From the NCBI GenBank assembly GCA_964016885.1, contig OZ024760.1, positions 5,828,001 to 5,892,000 on the forward strand: a DNA stretch of 64,000 bases, in the 5' to 3' direction. A model generated the notes under the pieces. The model did not search any database, had not been told where the DNA came from, and saw only the letters and a program-made list of their open reading frames with translations. Position 1 is the stretch's first letter. Every line of letters starts with the position of its first letter. This DNA is from Eledone cirrhosa. Lineage: Eukaryota. Shown in pieces: positions 63,613 to 64,000 of this stretch. Made by a program: the position numbers and the translations under genes.

Positions 63613-64000
63613 TAGTAAAATTCAGTCTGTGTATTTCAATTAATTTTGAAAATAACCAATAATTTGTAGGAATTTAATAAAATAAAGTTTTTCATTAGTA
63701 AAGTGGTATTGAGAACATTATTCTCTCTTCTCTCCCTCTCTCTTTCTCTCACCTCTCTCTCTCTCTCTCCTCAGAAAACATATAGCTTGCCTGTTTATTG
63801 TTCCCTATGTTTCAAAAGAGCCTTGCTATTTACAAGGTAGCAGGCAATGGCCTCCTGCCTACCTGTATTAATTAGGGAAGACACCTGATATTATTGAAGT
63901 TTTGTTTCCTATTTAGTTGACAACTGAATGATGGATTGGAAACGGTAGTCCAGTGAGAGGGGGTTGGGGGCGTTAGAAGGGGAATGAGTGTAGGGAAGTG

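Noticed and set aside
61607-63662. MKDTVYVINPFITIFL repeat protein
   Set aside because: 48-bp intronic minisatellite with frameshifting units, downstream of a strong MTG1 donor

Overview
Repeat-dense, AT-rich animal genomic DNA. It is very probably an octopus or other coleoid cephalopod, inferred from the SINE/RTE repeat families and microsatellite load. Two genes lie head-to-head about 2.8 kb apart. On the minus strand is the first coding exon (PH domain) of a TBC1D2/TBC1D2B-like Rab-GAP (49584-49945); its next exon was not found in the remaining 49.5 kb. On the plus strand are coding exons 1-5 of MTG1 (52732-61546), whose intron 2 is a U12-type minor-spliceosome intron. Nearly all long ORFs in the track are micro/minisatellite artefacts. 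The rest is tRNA-derived SINEs, RTE/CR1/Tx1/Vingi-like LINE fragments, piggyBac-, mariner-, hAT- and pogo-like MITEs, and non-autonomous Helitrons. The most striking unexplained structure is a set of short non-coding fold-back elements mostly inserted in (TA)n tracts. Several sequence-unrelated families each carry a minimal type I hammerhead ribozyme (CUGANGA-stem II-GAAA-palindrome-UH). Two of them are circularly permuted 310-nt and 467-nt monomers in tandem plus inverted copies, resembling Penelope pseudo-LTRs or retrozymes. Many also share a covarying 3' tail stem, and a decayed Penelope GIY-YIG endonuclease lies nearby. All calls were made by eye; ribozyme activity is untested.
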